In this document: positions 1 through 9,037 of the stretch, piece by piece
How positions within the stretch are numbered: position 1 is the first letter of the stretch
Layout: every line of letters begins with the position of its first letter
Assembly (NCBI GenBank): GCA_943350175.1
Contig: CALQZX010000001.1
Location: forward strand, 97,702-161,701
Length of the DNA stretch: 64,000 nt
Direction of reading: 5' to 3'
Source: Parcubacteria group bacterium
GTDB taxonomy: Bacteria; Patescibacteriota; Microgenomatia; UBA1400; PJMF01
Translations under genes and position numbers: made by a program
Notes under the pieces: generated by a model
Databases searched by the model: none
The model's input: the letters and a program-made list of their open reading frames with translations, nothing else
What the model was told of the DNA's origin: nothing

Positions 1-368
1 GAATTGATGAACTCTTTGGCGAGCGGAGTAACGATTTCTTCGTGACTTTGGCCAAGAGCATAATCTTTGTCTGTTCTGCTCTTAAGCTTAAAAAGCACGT
101 CAATTTTGTCCCAACCGCCAGTGGTTACCCAATTTTCTTTTGGCTGCAGAGCTGGCATCAAAATTTCTTGACCACCAATGGCGTTCATTTCTTCACGAAT
201 GATATTTTCGATACTGCGTAAGACCTTGAGACCTAAAGTGGTGTAAGTGTAAACACCGGCCATTAATTGACGAACATAGCCAGCTTGGACTAGTAATTTA
301 TGGTTGACGGTGTCGGCATTGGCCGGAGCGTTTTTACTTACTTGAAAAGCAATTTTGGATAATTTCAT
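1..368 (-). CDS. proS: Proline--tRNA ligase, N-terminal part (runs off the window edge)
   Basis: Manual translation from ATG at 368: MKLSKIAFQVSKNAPANADTVNHKLLVQAGYVRQLMAGVYTYTTLGLKVLRSIENIIREEMNAIGGQEILMPALQP, the typical bacterial ProRS N-terminus. Confidence 0.93.
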   Translation of the reverse strand, partial: MKLSKIAFQVSKNAPANADTVNHKLLVQAGYVRQLMAGVYTYTTLGLKVLRSIENIIREEMNAIGGQEILMPALQPKENWVTTGGWDKIDVLFKLKSRTDKDYALGQSHEEIVTPLAKEFIN

Positions 369-404
369 AGTTTATTTTCTTTTTTATTGTAACAAAGGGA
401 TTAT

Positions 405-1325
405 TTAAATCCAGTCGGCTAAGCCAGCAGCAAATAAAGGAGCTAATTGTACATATTTTATTTTATCTGAAGTCTCTTTTTGTAAGATTGAGTCGCTGAT
501 TAAGACGAGATCAGCTTCGCTTTGATTGATGGTGTCTATTCCATTTTTACAAAAAATGCCGTGAGTGGCGATAAAAATGACTTTAGCGGCGCCTTCCTTT
601 TTGAGCAAGGCTGCAGTTTTGACCACAGTATCTCCAGACATAATGGCATCATCAAAAACAATGGCGTTCTTGCCATTTATACTGCCGCCATGCAGACCAT
701 TGGCTGTCACTTCGCCAGTGTATAAATCACGACTTTTATCAATGTTTAATAAAGGTAAATTTAGCTGATTGGCAAAAACGCGAGCTCTCTTAAGTCCACC
801 AAAATCCGGGCTAACCACAGAAGCATTTTCCAGAAGGTTATTGTTTTTTAGATATTCAACGAAAAGATCTTTGGCTGACAAATGATAAGTAGAAACTGAG
901 AAAAATCCAGGAATGCTGTCATTGTGTAGATCTAGTAGAAAGACTCTACTGATTAATTTGCTGGACATGAGACTAGCAACGACTTTGGCAGCAATGGCTT
1001 CTCCATCACGAAAAACCTTGTCTTGGAAAGAATAGCCCATCCAAGGAATGATCAAAGAAACCTCTTTGGCACCCAATCTCTCTAGAGCATCGATAATGAG
1101 CAGGGTTTCAATGATATTTTCGTCAACTGGCTTGGAAAATGATTGAACTAAACAAACTTTTTGCCCGTGAACTTTATTTTCATCTTTAATCCAAATCTTT
1201 TTCTCATCATTGGCAAATTTTTCAATTTGGCAATCAATCAGAGAAATTTGAGGATTTTTTTCTTGAAGAGTTTTGACTAAGTCTTGAGCTAGCTTCAGGT
1301 TGGAGGAACCAGAGATGATGTTCAT
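405..1325 (-). CDS. prs: Ribose-phosphate pyrophosphokinase (divergent motifs)
   Basis: IISGSSN start, DLH, VSPDFGGLKRA, FDD..SGDT PRPP loop, ATHG. Confidence 0.88.
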   Translation of the reverse strand: MNIISGSSNLKLAQDLVKTLQEKNPQISLIDCQIEKFANDEKKIWIKDENKVHGQKVCLVQSFSKPVDENIIETLLIIDALERLGAKEVSLIIPWMGYSFQDKVFRDGEAIAAKVVASLMSSKLISRVFLLDLHNDSIPGFFSVSTYHLSAKDLFVEYLKNNNLLENASVVSPDFGGLKRARVFANQLNLPLLNIDKSRDLYTGEVTANGLHGGSINGKNAIVFDDAIMSGDTVVKTAALLKKEGAAKVIFIATHGIFCKNGIDTINQSEADLVLISDSILQKETSDKIKYVQLAPLFAAGLADWI

Positions 1326-1406
1326 GGACCTATTATATTTCGGACCCAGTCTATTTGCAATTTATTGCAAATAGCTGCAGGTACGAAAGATGCTGCGCAT
1401 AGCAAA

Positions 1407-1919
1407 TTAAATTGGCTTTTCAGCAATGCTCTTCTCTTTCTTTCTTGCTTTTGCTCTTCTGATGAGTAGCGCTGCACTGAGAGTGCCGCCGATGGCTCCG
1501 GCAAAACCTAAACTGACGTCTCCAGTGAATTGATTGTTTGGCGTGAATGATTCTATGGCAACATTAAGAACAGATATTAATGCAACTAATCTCATCAAGA
1601 ACTTAGGGCTAATTTCTTTTTTAAATTGAGTGATTAAATCGAAACTGTGTTTGGCAAAAACAGCGGCAGTAGCTAGACAAGAACTAAATCCGTAGTTGCC
1701 GATGTATTTGGCTAGATCACCAATTACTAATTCAAGTATTTTCCTTCTCTCTGGATCAGCCAGACCTTGGTGAGGATGGGAGTAAAGGTCTAGTAAAATG
1801 AGGCTTATATTCAAAAGAATCAGAGCTGCAACGGCTATATCGGCAGGAAGAGCTGTTCTTTTTTCTGGTGAATTAATTAGTTCTGACGCAACTGCGTTTT
1901 TTAAACGGATTTTTTCCAC
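1407..1919 (-). CDS. Hypothetical membrane protein
   Basis: 170-aa ORF with about 4 hydrophobic segments and a basic tail; TATAAT 6 nt before the GTG. Confidence 0.6.
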   Translation of the reverse strand: MEKIRLKNAVASELINSPEKRTALPADIAVAALILLNISLILLDLYSHPHQGLADPERRKILELVIGDLAKYIGNYGFSSCLATAAVFAKHSFDLITQFKKEISPKFLMRLVALISVLNVAIESFTPNNQFTGDVSLGFAGAIGGTLSAALLIRRAKARKKEKSIAEKPI

Positions 1920-1966
1920 AACGTGATTATATATTAGTGATACTAATTAATGCATTATGATTATAT

Positions 1967-2095
1967 GTGAGTCAGGTGGAGACGCTGAGCGTGCTACGCC
2001 GCCTCAGATTACTCCGCATAATGCGCCTCGCTATGCTCGTGTGCATTATTTAGCTCAATAACGCGAACCATGAGTTTTCATCCTTACCTGCTTCA
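1967..2095 (-). repeat. tRNA-Lys(CTT)-derived module (inverted degenerate 3' copy, hairpin insert, direct 3' copy)
   Basis: GTGAGTCAGGTGG at 1967-1979 equals 2136-2148; hairpin 2017-2059 resembles 24225-24267. Confidence 0.75.
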
Positions 2096-2135
2096 TTTAT
2101 AAAAAAAGACTCAAGAATGAGTCTATTTTTATAAA
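2096..2135 (-). terminator. Rho-independent terminator after tRNA-Lys(CTT)
   Basis: AGACTCA-TTCT-TGAGTCT stem followed by a T-run on the minus strand; extended TTTATAAAAA flanks. Confidence 0.8.
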
Positions 2136-2136
2136 G

Positions 2137-2210
2137 TGAGTCAGGTGGGACTCGAACCCACGACACCCTGCTTAAGAGGCAGGTGCTCTAACCGACTGAG
2201 CTACTGACCC
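2137..2210 (-). tRNA. tRNA-Lys(CTT)
   Basis: GGGTCAG acceptor, anticodon arm CCTGC-CTCTTAA-GCAGG, GGTTCGAGTCC T-arm; no encoded CCA. Confidence 0.96.
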
Positions 2211-2246
2211 GATTTAACTTAAGGACATATTATAGCATTGTATAAA

Positions 2247-3770
2247 TTATTTTATTAAGCTTTGTCCTGTCATTTCTTCTGGTTGCTGGATAGCAAGGGC
2301 TTTAAGAATTGTCGGAGCGATGTCTGCAAGTTTCTCATCACCTTCATGGTCCTCAAGTTCCCAAGATTGGCCCTTTGGCTGTACCATGATGAAGGCAACT
2401 GGATTAGTGCTATGCTCAGTTAAGGTTTGCCCATTTTCATCAATCATTTCGTCACAATTGCCGTGATCGGCGGTAATGAAGAGCAAATATCCGTTTTCTT
2501 GGGCGGCTTGTGTTATTTCGCGCAGAGCCTGATCAACAGCTTTGACAGCTTTCTTGGCAGCTTCAACATCACCAGTATGACCAATCATATCTCCATTACA
2601 AATGTTTGCAATGATAACCTGTTGTTTGCTGCCAATCATTGCCTTGATTATTGCTGCTTTTATTTCAGCAGCTTTCATTTCCGGCATTTCAGCGTGAGAT
2701 CTGAGTTTATTGGATGGTATTAAAACTCTTTCTTCTCCATTGTGAGGTTTTTCTCTTCTATTGTTCATGAAAAAAGTTACGTGAGCAAACTTTTCTGTTT
2801 CAGTTGTCTTCAAAATTGTTATTTCATTCTTTTCTAAAACAATTCCAAGGGTATTATCTATAGTTTGATGTTCAAAAGCAAAATCCAGCTCAAATTCATC
2901 ACTATAGTTGGTTGCTGTCACGAAGGAAATATCTTCCAATCCTTCTTCTATAAAAGCTCTAGTTAATTGTTTGGTGCGATCATTGCGGAAATTAGTAAAA
3001 ATAACACCATCGCCAGCTTTGATTTTTGCTGATTCTTCATCAACAACACTAATTGCGCATGGGATTATGTGCTCATCTCCGTCACCGGTCTCATATGAGG
3101 CTGCAATAGCTTCTTGATAAGATCCAAATTGCCTAGCTTCTCTATTCCTGATAGCATCATAAGCAGGTTTAATTCTATCTGCATTATTGTCTCTATCCAT
3201 GGCGTAAAAACGACCTGAAATAGTGGCAAGTTCTGCGCCTGTTTCTGCACAAATAGCAGCTAATCTTTCAAAACTTTTAGTGCAGCTTCTTGGTAGAACA
3301 TCTCTCCCGTCAGTGATGGCGTGAATATAAATTTTTTCTATTCCAGTTTGTTTGGCTTCTCTGATTAGTCCAAAAATATGTTCTTCATGAGCGTGTACTC
3401 CTCCGGGACTGAGTAGACCCATGATATGAAGAGCCCCATTCTTGGATTTTACATGTTCAAAATTGTTTGCAATGGCTGGATTTTCATGAAATGTTCCTTG
3501 CTGAGCGCACTCGTCCATTTTTAGACACTCTTGTTCTATAATTCTGCCTGCGCCAATTGCTTCGTGGCCGACTTCACTGTTGCCCATTTGACCAGGTGGC
3601 AAGCCAACGGCTTCGCCAGAAGCTTGTAGTAATATATTTGGATAGTCTCTGAGTAATTCTTCCCAATATTCAGGATGAGCTTCGGTAATTGCATTACCAG
3701 CATAAGACTTGTTGATTCCCCAACCGTCTAAGATAAGCAGACAAACTTTTGCTTTGGTTTCTTGATTCAT
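2247..3770 (-). CDS. gpmI: 2,3-bisphosphoglycerate-independent phosphoglycerate mutase (copy 1, accessory operon)
   Basis: ILDGWG, GQMGNSEVGH, DGRD, YAMDRD, ETEKFAHVTFF, DMIGHTG, TADHGN. Confidence 0.95.
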   Translation of the reverse strand: MNQETKAKVCLLILDGWGINKSYAGNAITEAHPEYWEELLRDYPNILLQASGEAVGLPPGQMGNSEVGHEAIGAGRIIEQECLKMDECAQQGTFHENPAIANNFEHVKSKNGALHIMGLLSPGGVHAHEEHIFGLIREAKQTGIEKIYIHAITDGRDVLPRSCTKSFERLAAICAETGAELATISGRFYAMDRDNNADRIKPAYDAIRNREARQFGSYQEAIAASYETGDGDEHIIPCAISVVDEESAKIKAGDGVIFTNFRNDRTKQLTRAFIEEGLEDISFVTATNYSDEFELDFAFEHQTIDNTLGIVLEKNEITILKTTETEKFAHVTFFMNNRREKPHNGEERVLIPSNKLRSHAEMPEMKAAEIKAAIIKAMIGSKQQVIIANICNGDMIGHTGDVEAAKKAVKAVDQALREITQAAQENGYLLFITADHGNCDEMIDENGQTLTEHSTNPVAFIMVQPKGQSWELEDHEGDEKLADIAPTILKALAIQQPEEMTGQSLIK

Positions 3771-3811
3771 AATTTGTAATTCAAATCAACAAAATTCAAG
3801 GATCGATTGTA

Positions 3812-5200
3812 TCACAATAGATCAATAAGGACAGTCATATCCTTCATCTTTTCAATGTTTTTAACCATTCTAATTATTGAGGATAATTCTTCAGTTTTAT
3901 ATTTTTTAATTGAATATTTTGCACAGTCAAAAAATTTATTTTCTAAATCTTCATTGCTGAGAGGATTCAGACAATTACCCTTTGGTTGATTGATTTGTTT
4001 TTCTATTGTTTCTCCACCTTTCAAATAGGCGACCATTTTGATAGGGGTTAAACTAGGCTCATTTTTAAAGTGTTCTATTACAGTTATTTTTTTGGCTAAT
4101 TTTTCAATATCTTTTCTCATAAAAATATTTATATTTTCAAAATCAACTATGCTTATCTTTCCTTCGATTAAGATTAAGGCAGTTGTGTATTGAGCACTGA
4201 ATTGAGCATCAACTTGTGGGTTTTCTCTGATTTTAAATTTTTGGCCAATTTGTCCAAATGATTTTGGCGGCAAATAAATTTCAAGTTTTGAAAGTTTATT
4301 TAATTTAAATTGTGGGTTTATTTTTAATGAAAGAGCAGCATCAATAACAGGGTGAGTACATCTGCAAGATGGATATGGCTTTATGCTAATTTTTTCAGTT
4401 TCATAGCTCTTGCCAAGTTCATTAATATTTTCTAAATCCATTTTGCCATTGGTAAATAGATTGGCGATGGAATAATCTCCCTCGAACACTCTCTGAGCTC
4501 CAACAATGTTTTTTTCTGCCATAAACAAGGCATTAAATGAAGCTTGCGTGGCAAAAGCTGGCTGAATCCTTTTTGCTAATACACCGTCAATTAAAACCTG
4601 GCGATTACCATTAATTTGCGAATAGGCGAGTCCAAGACCATTTAGAATTTTTTCATCAGAAAAATTCATGATTTTTGCACCTGCGGCAATACAACCAAAT
4701 GGTCCCCAGAGTGTGGTTGGTAACCAGCCAGTATGCAGATATTTAATAAATGACAATCCAATTTTATTTGAAACTTCCAAGCCAATAATCAAAGACAATA
4801 AAAAATCTTTACCACTTATTTTTTTGTTATTTATTTTCAAATATTGTGTCAGTGCAAATAAAAATGGAAGCAGAGTAACGCAGCCATGATGGATTGAACC
4901 ATCATGAGTATCATCAAAGTCTCTAGCATGGCACATAACTGAATTTATAAATGCAGAATTAACAACAGAGTTTTTTTGGTCAAAGCCAATGATGTTGGCT
5001 TGCTGATTTCCACCTAAATTATCAAAAATTTCTTTGACTTCTTTAACTCCAGCAGCACTGCTGCCTGCCATAATGCAAGCCAATGTATCGATTATTAAGT
5101 TTTTTGCTTGTTTAATTGTTTCAATTGGCAAGTCTTCAAAACTGATATTTTTTGTGAAATTAACAATTTTTTGTGAGGTTTTATCTTTATTTATTTGCAT
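3812..5200 (-). CDS. MmgE/PrpD family protein
   Basis: IIDTLACIMAG, HARDFDDTH, KPYPSCRCTHP, AQFSAQY, PKG..NPLS motifs. Confidence 0.9.
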   Translation of the reverse strand: MQINKDKTSQKIVNFTKNISFEDLPIETIKQAKNLIIDTLACIMAGSSAAGVKEVKEIFDNLGGNQQANIIGFDQKNSVVNSAFINSVMCHARDFDDTHDGSIHHGCVTLLPFLFALTQYLKINNKKISGKDFLLSLIIGLEVSNKIGLSFIKYLHTGWLPTTLWGPFGCIAAGAKIMNFSDEKILNGLGLAYSQINGNRQVLIDGVLAKRIQPAFATQASFNALFMAEKNIVGAQRVFEGDYSIANLFTNGKMDLENINELGKSYETEKISIKPYPSCRCTHPVIDAALSLKINPQFKLNKLSKLEIYLPPKSFGQIGQKFKIRENPQVDAQFSAQYTTALILIEGKISIVDFENINIFMRKDIEKLAKKITVIEHFKNEPSLTPIKMVAYLKGGETIEKQINQPKGNCLNPLSNEDLENKFFDCAKYSIKKYKTEELSSIIRMVKNIEKMKDMTVLIDLL

Positions 5201-5202
5201 AT

Positions 5203-6000
5203 TTAAACCTTATAAGATTCAACAATTTCCCATTTACTTTTTCCATCAAAATTTAATTTAAACATAGTATTTCTTATGCTAATCTTTCGCCATTTTTGCT
5301 TTTCTTCTTGGCTAAAATTGCCAAGAAGTGTGGCAGCAATTACTCTGATGGTATTGGAGTGGCCGATGTGCAAAATGTTTTTTCCATTTCTAAGCTCTTC
5401 TTTAATGAGTTCTAATTCTGGAGTGGCTCGATCCCTAACCATTCCGTAGTTTTCAGCATATTGGTGTCGATTTTCTCCAGATGGCGGCAAATAGTCTGAA
5501 TTATCGCGTAAATTCCTATATATTTCATTGCTTTCTTCTCTTATATCTTCCCTTGGTCGTCCGGCATAAATTCCATATCCTTTTTCGACTAAAGCTGTTG
5601 TAGCGATAATCGGAGCTACAATAGTATTATTTAATCTAAAGATTTTTCTTTCAAGAATAGGCTTATCTTTATCAGAAATAACTTCTGGCAAAGCATTATG
5701 GAAAATTTGAGTCGATAAAGACAAAACTTCTTCAAAGAATCTTCTTAATTCTTCATCATCAACTTCTTGATAGTAAGTTAAGCAAAGATTGAATAAAGTT
5801 TGCAGCGATCTTTTTTGTGTTGAGCATTCAAATAAATTAAAACCAATTCTATTTTGACGAAGTAATTTTCCCATTGCTTGTGCATCTTTTTCACCTTCAG
5901 TAGTTAAGCCAGGGTTTTCCCATCCAGAAAAAACATTTCCAAGATTGTTTTCTGATTGTGTGTGTGGAAATAGATAAAGCTTGCCTATTTTCTCAGTCAT
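5203..6000 (-). CDS. Histidine phosphatase superfamily protein (dPGM/GpmA-like, RHG changed to PHT)
   Basis: LYLFPHTQSENN, FSGW, STQKRSLQT, LVEKGYG, GHSNTIR; ATG at 6000 overlaps the upstream stop. Confidence 0.8.
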   Translation of the reverse strand: MTEKIGKLYLFPHTQSENNLGNVFSGWENPGLTTEGEKDAQAMGKLLRQNRIGFNLFECSTQKRSLQTLFNLCLTYYQEVDDEELRRFFEEVLSLSTQIFHNALPEVISDKDKPILERKIFRLNNTIVAPIIATTALVEKGYGIYAGRPREDIREESNEIYRNLRDNSDYLPPSGENRHQYAENYGMVRDRATPELELIKEELRNGKNILHIGHSNTIRVIAATLLGNFSQEEKQKWRKISIRNTMFKLNFDGKSKWEIVESYKV

Positions 6001-7984
6001 TACAAATTTCTCCAATTTGTTCCTCATTTACTAATGACGCAAAGAATTCTTTGATTAATGCAAAAATAGGATATTCATCTTTTTCTTCTTCGTAGACTGG
6101 TACTTTGAAACCAATAGCTCTTTGCGTGGCGTTAATTGGATTGGCTTGTCCATTGCCGCTCGGATCTTGGAATCTTCTCGCATACCACTCTGGTTCTAGG
6201 ATCGGTTCTATAATGCTATTTGAAGAATGATCTTCTGTCCAATCTAGCATTGATTGTGTGTACTCTATATCAAAAAACTTACAAACATTTTTTAACATTG
6301 ACTCACTATTATTTATTAATTGTTCTTGAAAAATTGTTTGATAGGAAATGCCTTCTACTTGCAGAGAACCAATCAGATCTTTAATGTAGCTCCAAGAAGC
6401 AAAGAAGATTTTCTCTGAGGCTGGACTCATTTCAAAAGTTTTCCCCCATGATTTGTAAGTAATTTTTGGATCTCTTAGAACTACAAGTACTTTTATTTTA
6501 TCTCTTGGACAACCGGCTTCTAATAAATCTTGGATTGGATTGAAAATTTCGCTTGGAGTGTATGGTCCAAGAGTTTCTTTTAAGATTATCTTTCTTGACT
6601 CATTTGCGCTCGGAACCTGCCAATTTGCATTTATACCAACATCATCATTTCTTCTTAAATGCTTTAGAACCTGATAGAAAGAAGGGTCTCCACCTGGAAG
6701 AAGAGCTCTTTGGAGAGCAGTTGTCCCAGTTCTGCATGGCCCAACAATCAAATTAATTTCAGGCCATTCTCCATTCTCTGGCGGAGTAATATGTTCTTTA
6801 GGATCATATGATTGTATTCCATCAATTTCTTTATACCTTCTCTTTTCGGCTCTACCTGAAATTTCTAAATAGTTGGCAAAAGCTATTTTTCTGTTTTCTT
6901 GAAAATCAGCTAATAAGTTAGGATCATTCTCAGCAATAAATTTTTCTATTTGGTTGGTAATTTCTTCTAAGTAAAAACATTTTAGAGAATTTGGAATATT
7001 CAATGTAAAAACAATACTCCCAAGCTCCAGTGCCAATTTAGAATAAATACCGCTTTTTTTAATTAGTCTTTCGTAAAAGTATTTCCAAGCAATGTCTCCA
7101 TCTGCCTGATCCAAAAATCTTCTTATAAATGGAGTGGATGGTTCCTGATCACGATTTCCTGGCGCAAAGATGTCAATAAACCAAAGAGATGCTTTTCCAA
7201 GTTCGTCGAAATGTATGACAAAATTATTTGGTTTTAGATCTAAAGCAAATGGTAATTCACCTTCTTTTGGAATAGCTTTAAAAACTTTATCTTTTGCAGA
7301 AACTTTGTAATCAATAATTTGTTTTAAGTATTGAAGCATGCTTTCTACAAGCATGCTGACTATTTCTAAAACTTCCGAATCGCAGGCTAATTTGAAAATA
7401 TCCTCAAAGTTAAATCCTTCTATAAACTCTTGATCGTAGCTAATCAAATGTTGTTTTGATTCTTTTTCTGTTACTTTTGTTTTTTTTAGTTTAAGTAATC
7501 TTGGCACATTTACTCCAATGGCCTCTAGCTGTCTTTGATAAATTGAAAGATCTGCTAGTGTTGCCTTTGCCATGCTTGAGTCCATTTCATAAGAATGACC
7601 TTGTGGGACTGGTATTTGCCCATCTGCTCTTCTTCCCCCTGCTTCAGGAGCATTTCCATAAGTTTTTCTAATTGCTGAGAGCTGTCCTGCTTCAGTGAAA
7701 AGTCCCTCCATGACGCTTGATTTTGATGGATGAGGAACTGGTGGTAATATTCCAGGAAACAACTTTTTGTCTTTTTTGGTTGGGAGATTAGCTCTTGAGC
7801 CAGAGACGGATATCTCTTCAGCTTCAATTAATAGATTAAGTGCTTCTCTAACAGGTTCGTTTGTTTTTTGTTCAAAGCTCGCAGCAGAGGATGGACACGT
7901 TTGTTCTTCTATTGTCTTCTTTGTCTTCTTTTCTTTTTCCAACATACTCGCTGTCGACATCTGCAAAACAGCAAACGCCAACAA
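5993..7984 (-). CDS. Fusion of a protein-kinase-like domain and a sulfotransferase-like P-loop domain (start may be ATG 7960)
   Basis: QEFIEG, DLKPNNFVI and FIDIF in the middle region; GPCRTGTTAL, KETLGP and LRDP in the C-terminal region. Confidence 0.65.
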   Translation of the reverse strand: MLAFAVLQMSTASMLEKEKKTKKTIEEQTCPSSAASFEQKTNEPVREALNLLIEAEEISVSGSRANLPTKKDKKLFPGILPPVPHPSKSSVMEGLFTEAGQLSAIRKTYGNAPEAGGRRADGQIPVPQGHSYEMDSSMAKATLADLSIYQRQLEAIGVNVPRLLKLKKTKVTEKESKQHLISYDQEFIEGFNFEDIFKLACDSEVLEIVSMLVESMLQYLKQIIDYKVSAKDKVFKAIPKEGELPFALDLKPNNFVIHFDELGKASLWFIDIFAPGNRDQEPSTPFIRRFLDQADGDIAWKYFYERLIKKSGIYSKLALELGSIVFTLNIPNSLKCFYLEEITNQIEKFIAENDPNLLADFQENRKIAFANYLEISGRAEKRRYKEIDGIQSYDPKEHITPPENGEWPEINLIVGPCRTGTTALQRALLPGGDPSFYQVLKHLRRNDDVGINANWQVPSANESRKIILKETLGPYTPSEIFNPIQDLLEAGCPRDKIKVLVVLRDPKITYKSWGKTFEMSPASEKIFFASWSYIKDLIGSLQVEGISYQTIFQEQLINNSESMLKNVCKFFDIEYTQSMLDWTEDHSSNSIIEPILEPEWYARRFQDPSGNGQANPINATQRAIGFKVPVYEEEKDEYPIFALIKEFFASLVNEEQIGEICND

Positions 7985-8074
7985 GAAAACGCTAATTATA
8001 ACCCTGAAGTCAAGTTAATTGTTGGTGAAGAATAATGTGAAGATATTTTAAATATCAAATTTCTTTATGTGATG

Positions 8075-8148
8075 TGCACCTGAGAGGGCTCGAACCTCCA
8101 CAAACCCAGTTCCGAAGACTGGTGCCCTATCCATTAGGCCACAGGTGC
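8075..8148 (-). tRNA. tRNA-Arg(TCG)
   Basis: GCACCTG acceptor, CCAGT-CTTCGGA-ACTGG anticodon arm, GGTTCGAGCC T-arm. Confidence 0.93.
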
Positions 8149-8280
8149 GTATATTGCATTTTACCACTTCAAATAGCTTATTTAATCAGAACTACAAAAG
8201 AGCTGCAAATTAAAACTACAACTTAAAAAATGTGCTAAAATCCTCTCTGTCGTTTGTTCCTTAAAATTCTCAAAAAATTA

Positions 8281-8362
8281 GCCGAGATGGCGGAATTGGT
8301 AGACGCGCACGTCTCAGAAGCGTGTGGAGCAATCCTTGGAGGTTCGAGTCCTCTTCTCGGCA
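8281..8362 (+). tRNA. tRNA-Leu(CAG)
   Basis: CACGT-CTCAGAA-GCGTG anticodon arm, long variable arm, discriminator A. Confidence 0.95.
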
Positions 8363-8398
8363 CGAGGTTTTTCGCGTATAATGGCAATTTGAAAACAC

Positions 8399-8479
8399 GC
8401 CCGGGTGGCGAAATGGTAGACGCGCAGTCTTGAGGTGGCTGTGGAGCAATCTGTGGAGGTTCAACTCCTCTCCCGGGCA
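8399..8479 (+). tRNA. tRNA-Leu(GAG)
   Basis: CAGTC-TTGAGGT-GGCTG anticodon arm, long variable arm. Confidence 0.95.
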
Positions 8480-8505
8480 CGTTCTTTGAAAAAGGTTGCA
8501 ATAAA

Positions 8506-8579
8506 GGGCAATTAGCTCAGTTGGTTAGAGCGCATCGTTTACATCGATGAGGCCACAGGTTCGAGCCCTGTATTGCCCA
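8506..8579 (+). tRNA. tRNA-Val(TAC)
   Basis: CATCG-TTTACAT-CGATG anticodon arm, GGGCAAT/ATTGCCC acceptor. Confidence 0.95.
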
Positions 8580-8620
8580 CGACGGTGAGAGCGAAGCTCC
8601 CACCTAGTCCCCTTGGGGAC
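8580..8620 (+). repeat. Dispersed REP-like hairpin element, copy A
   Basis: Reverse complement GGGGACTAGGTGGG..AGCTTCGCT..CTCACCGTCG matches 50282-50331. Confidence 0.7.
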
Positions 8621-8673
8621 CTGGTGGTAGTAATTTCAGAGAAATTAGTTAAAATATAAAAGCGTTAAAAAAC

Positions 8674-8746
8674 GCCAAGCTAGCCAAGTTGGTCACGGCA
8701 CATGTCTGAAAAACATGGGATCTAGGTTCGATTCCTAGGCTTGGCA
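8674..8746 (+). tRNA. tRNA-Phe(GAA)
   Basis: CATGT-CTGAAAA-ACATG anticodon arm, GCCAAGC/GCTTGGC acceptor. Confidence 0.93.
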
Positions 8747-8760
8747 CGTTCATTAAAAGA

Positions 8761-8916
8761 TTATTTACCTAAGAAGGAAAAAAGCAGATCTTTCAGAAAG
8801 CCTAGGATGGCTTTGAAGATGTCGGCACCAATCATAACTGCTTTGGTGGCGGCTTTTTCAGCAGCTTTGGCGTAGATTTTGTTTTTTTGATCTTGGAATT
8901 CAGAGTAATTAGGCAT
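8761..8916 (-). CDS. Small hypothetical protein (51 aa)
   Basis: MPNYSEFQDQKNK...FLGK with an amphipathic C-terminus; TATAAT 6 nt before the ATG. Confidence 0.6.
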   Translation of the reverse strand: MPNYSEFQDQKNKIYAKAAEKAATKAVMIGADIFKAILGFLKDLLFSFLGK

Positions 8917-8964
8917 GCTGTAATTATAAGTCCTCTCTGGTAAAATAATAGTGTAAATTAACAA

Positions 8965-9037
8965 GCGAGAGTAGTTCAGTGGCTAGAATGTTTCCTTGCC
9001 AAGGAAAAGGTCGCGAGTTCGAATCTCGTCTCTCGCT
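8965..9037 (+). tRNA. tRNA-Gly(GCC)
   Basis: TTTCC-TTGCCAA-GGAAA anticodon arm, discriminator T. Confidence 0.95.

Noticed and set aside
1967-2070. Intron-containing functional tRNA genes in the echo modules
   Set aside because: The T-arm is split, but no D-arm, anticodon arm or 5' acceptor strand precedes it.
8235-8501. ORFs 8235-8501 and 8270-8464, and similar ones at 8924-9226, 14621-14828, 35318-35714, 43746-44045 and 50961-51161
   Set aside because: They overlap tRNA genes or repeats; peptides such as RRGLEPP and RDSNP are antisense tRNA translations.
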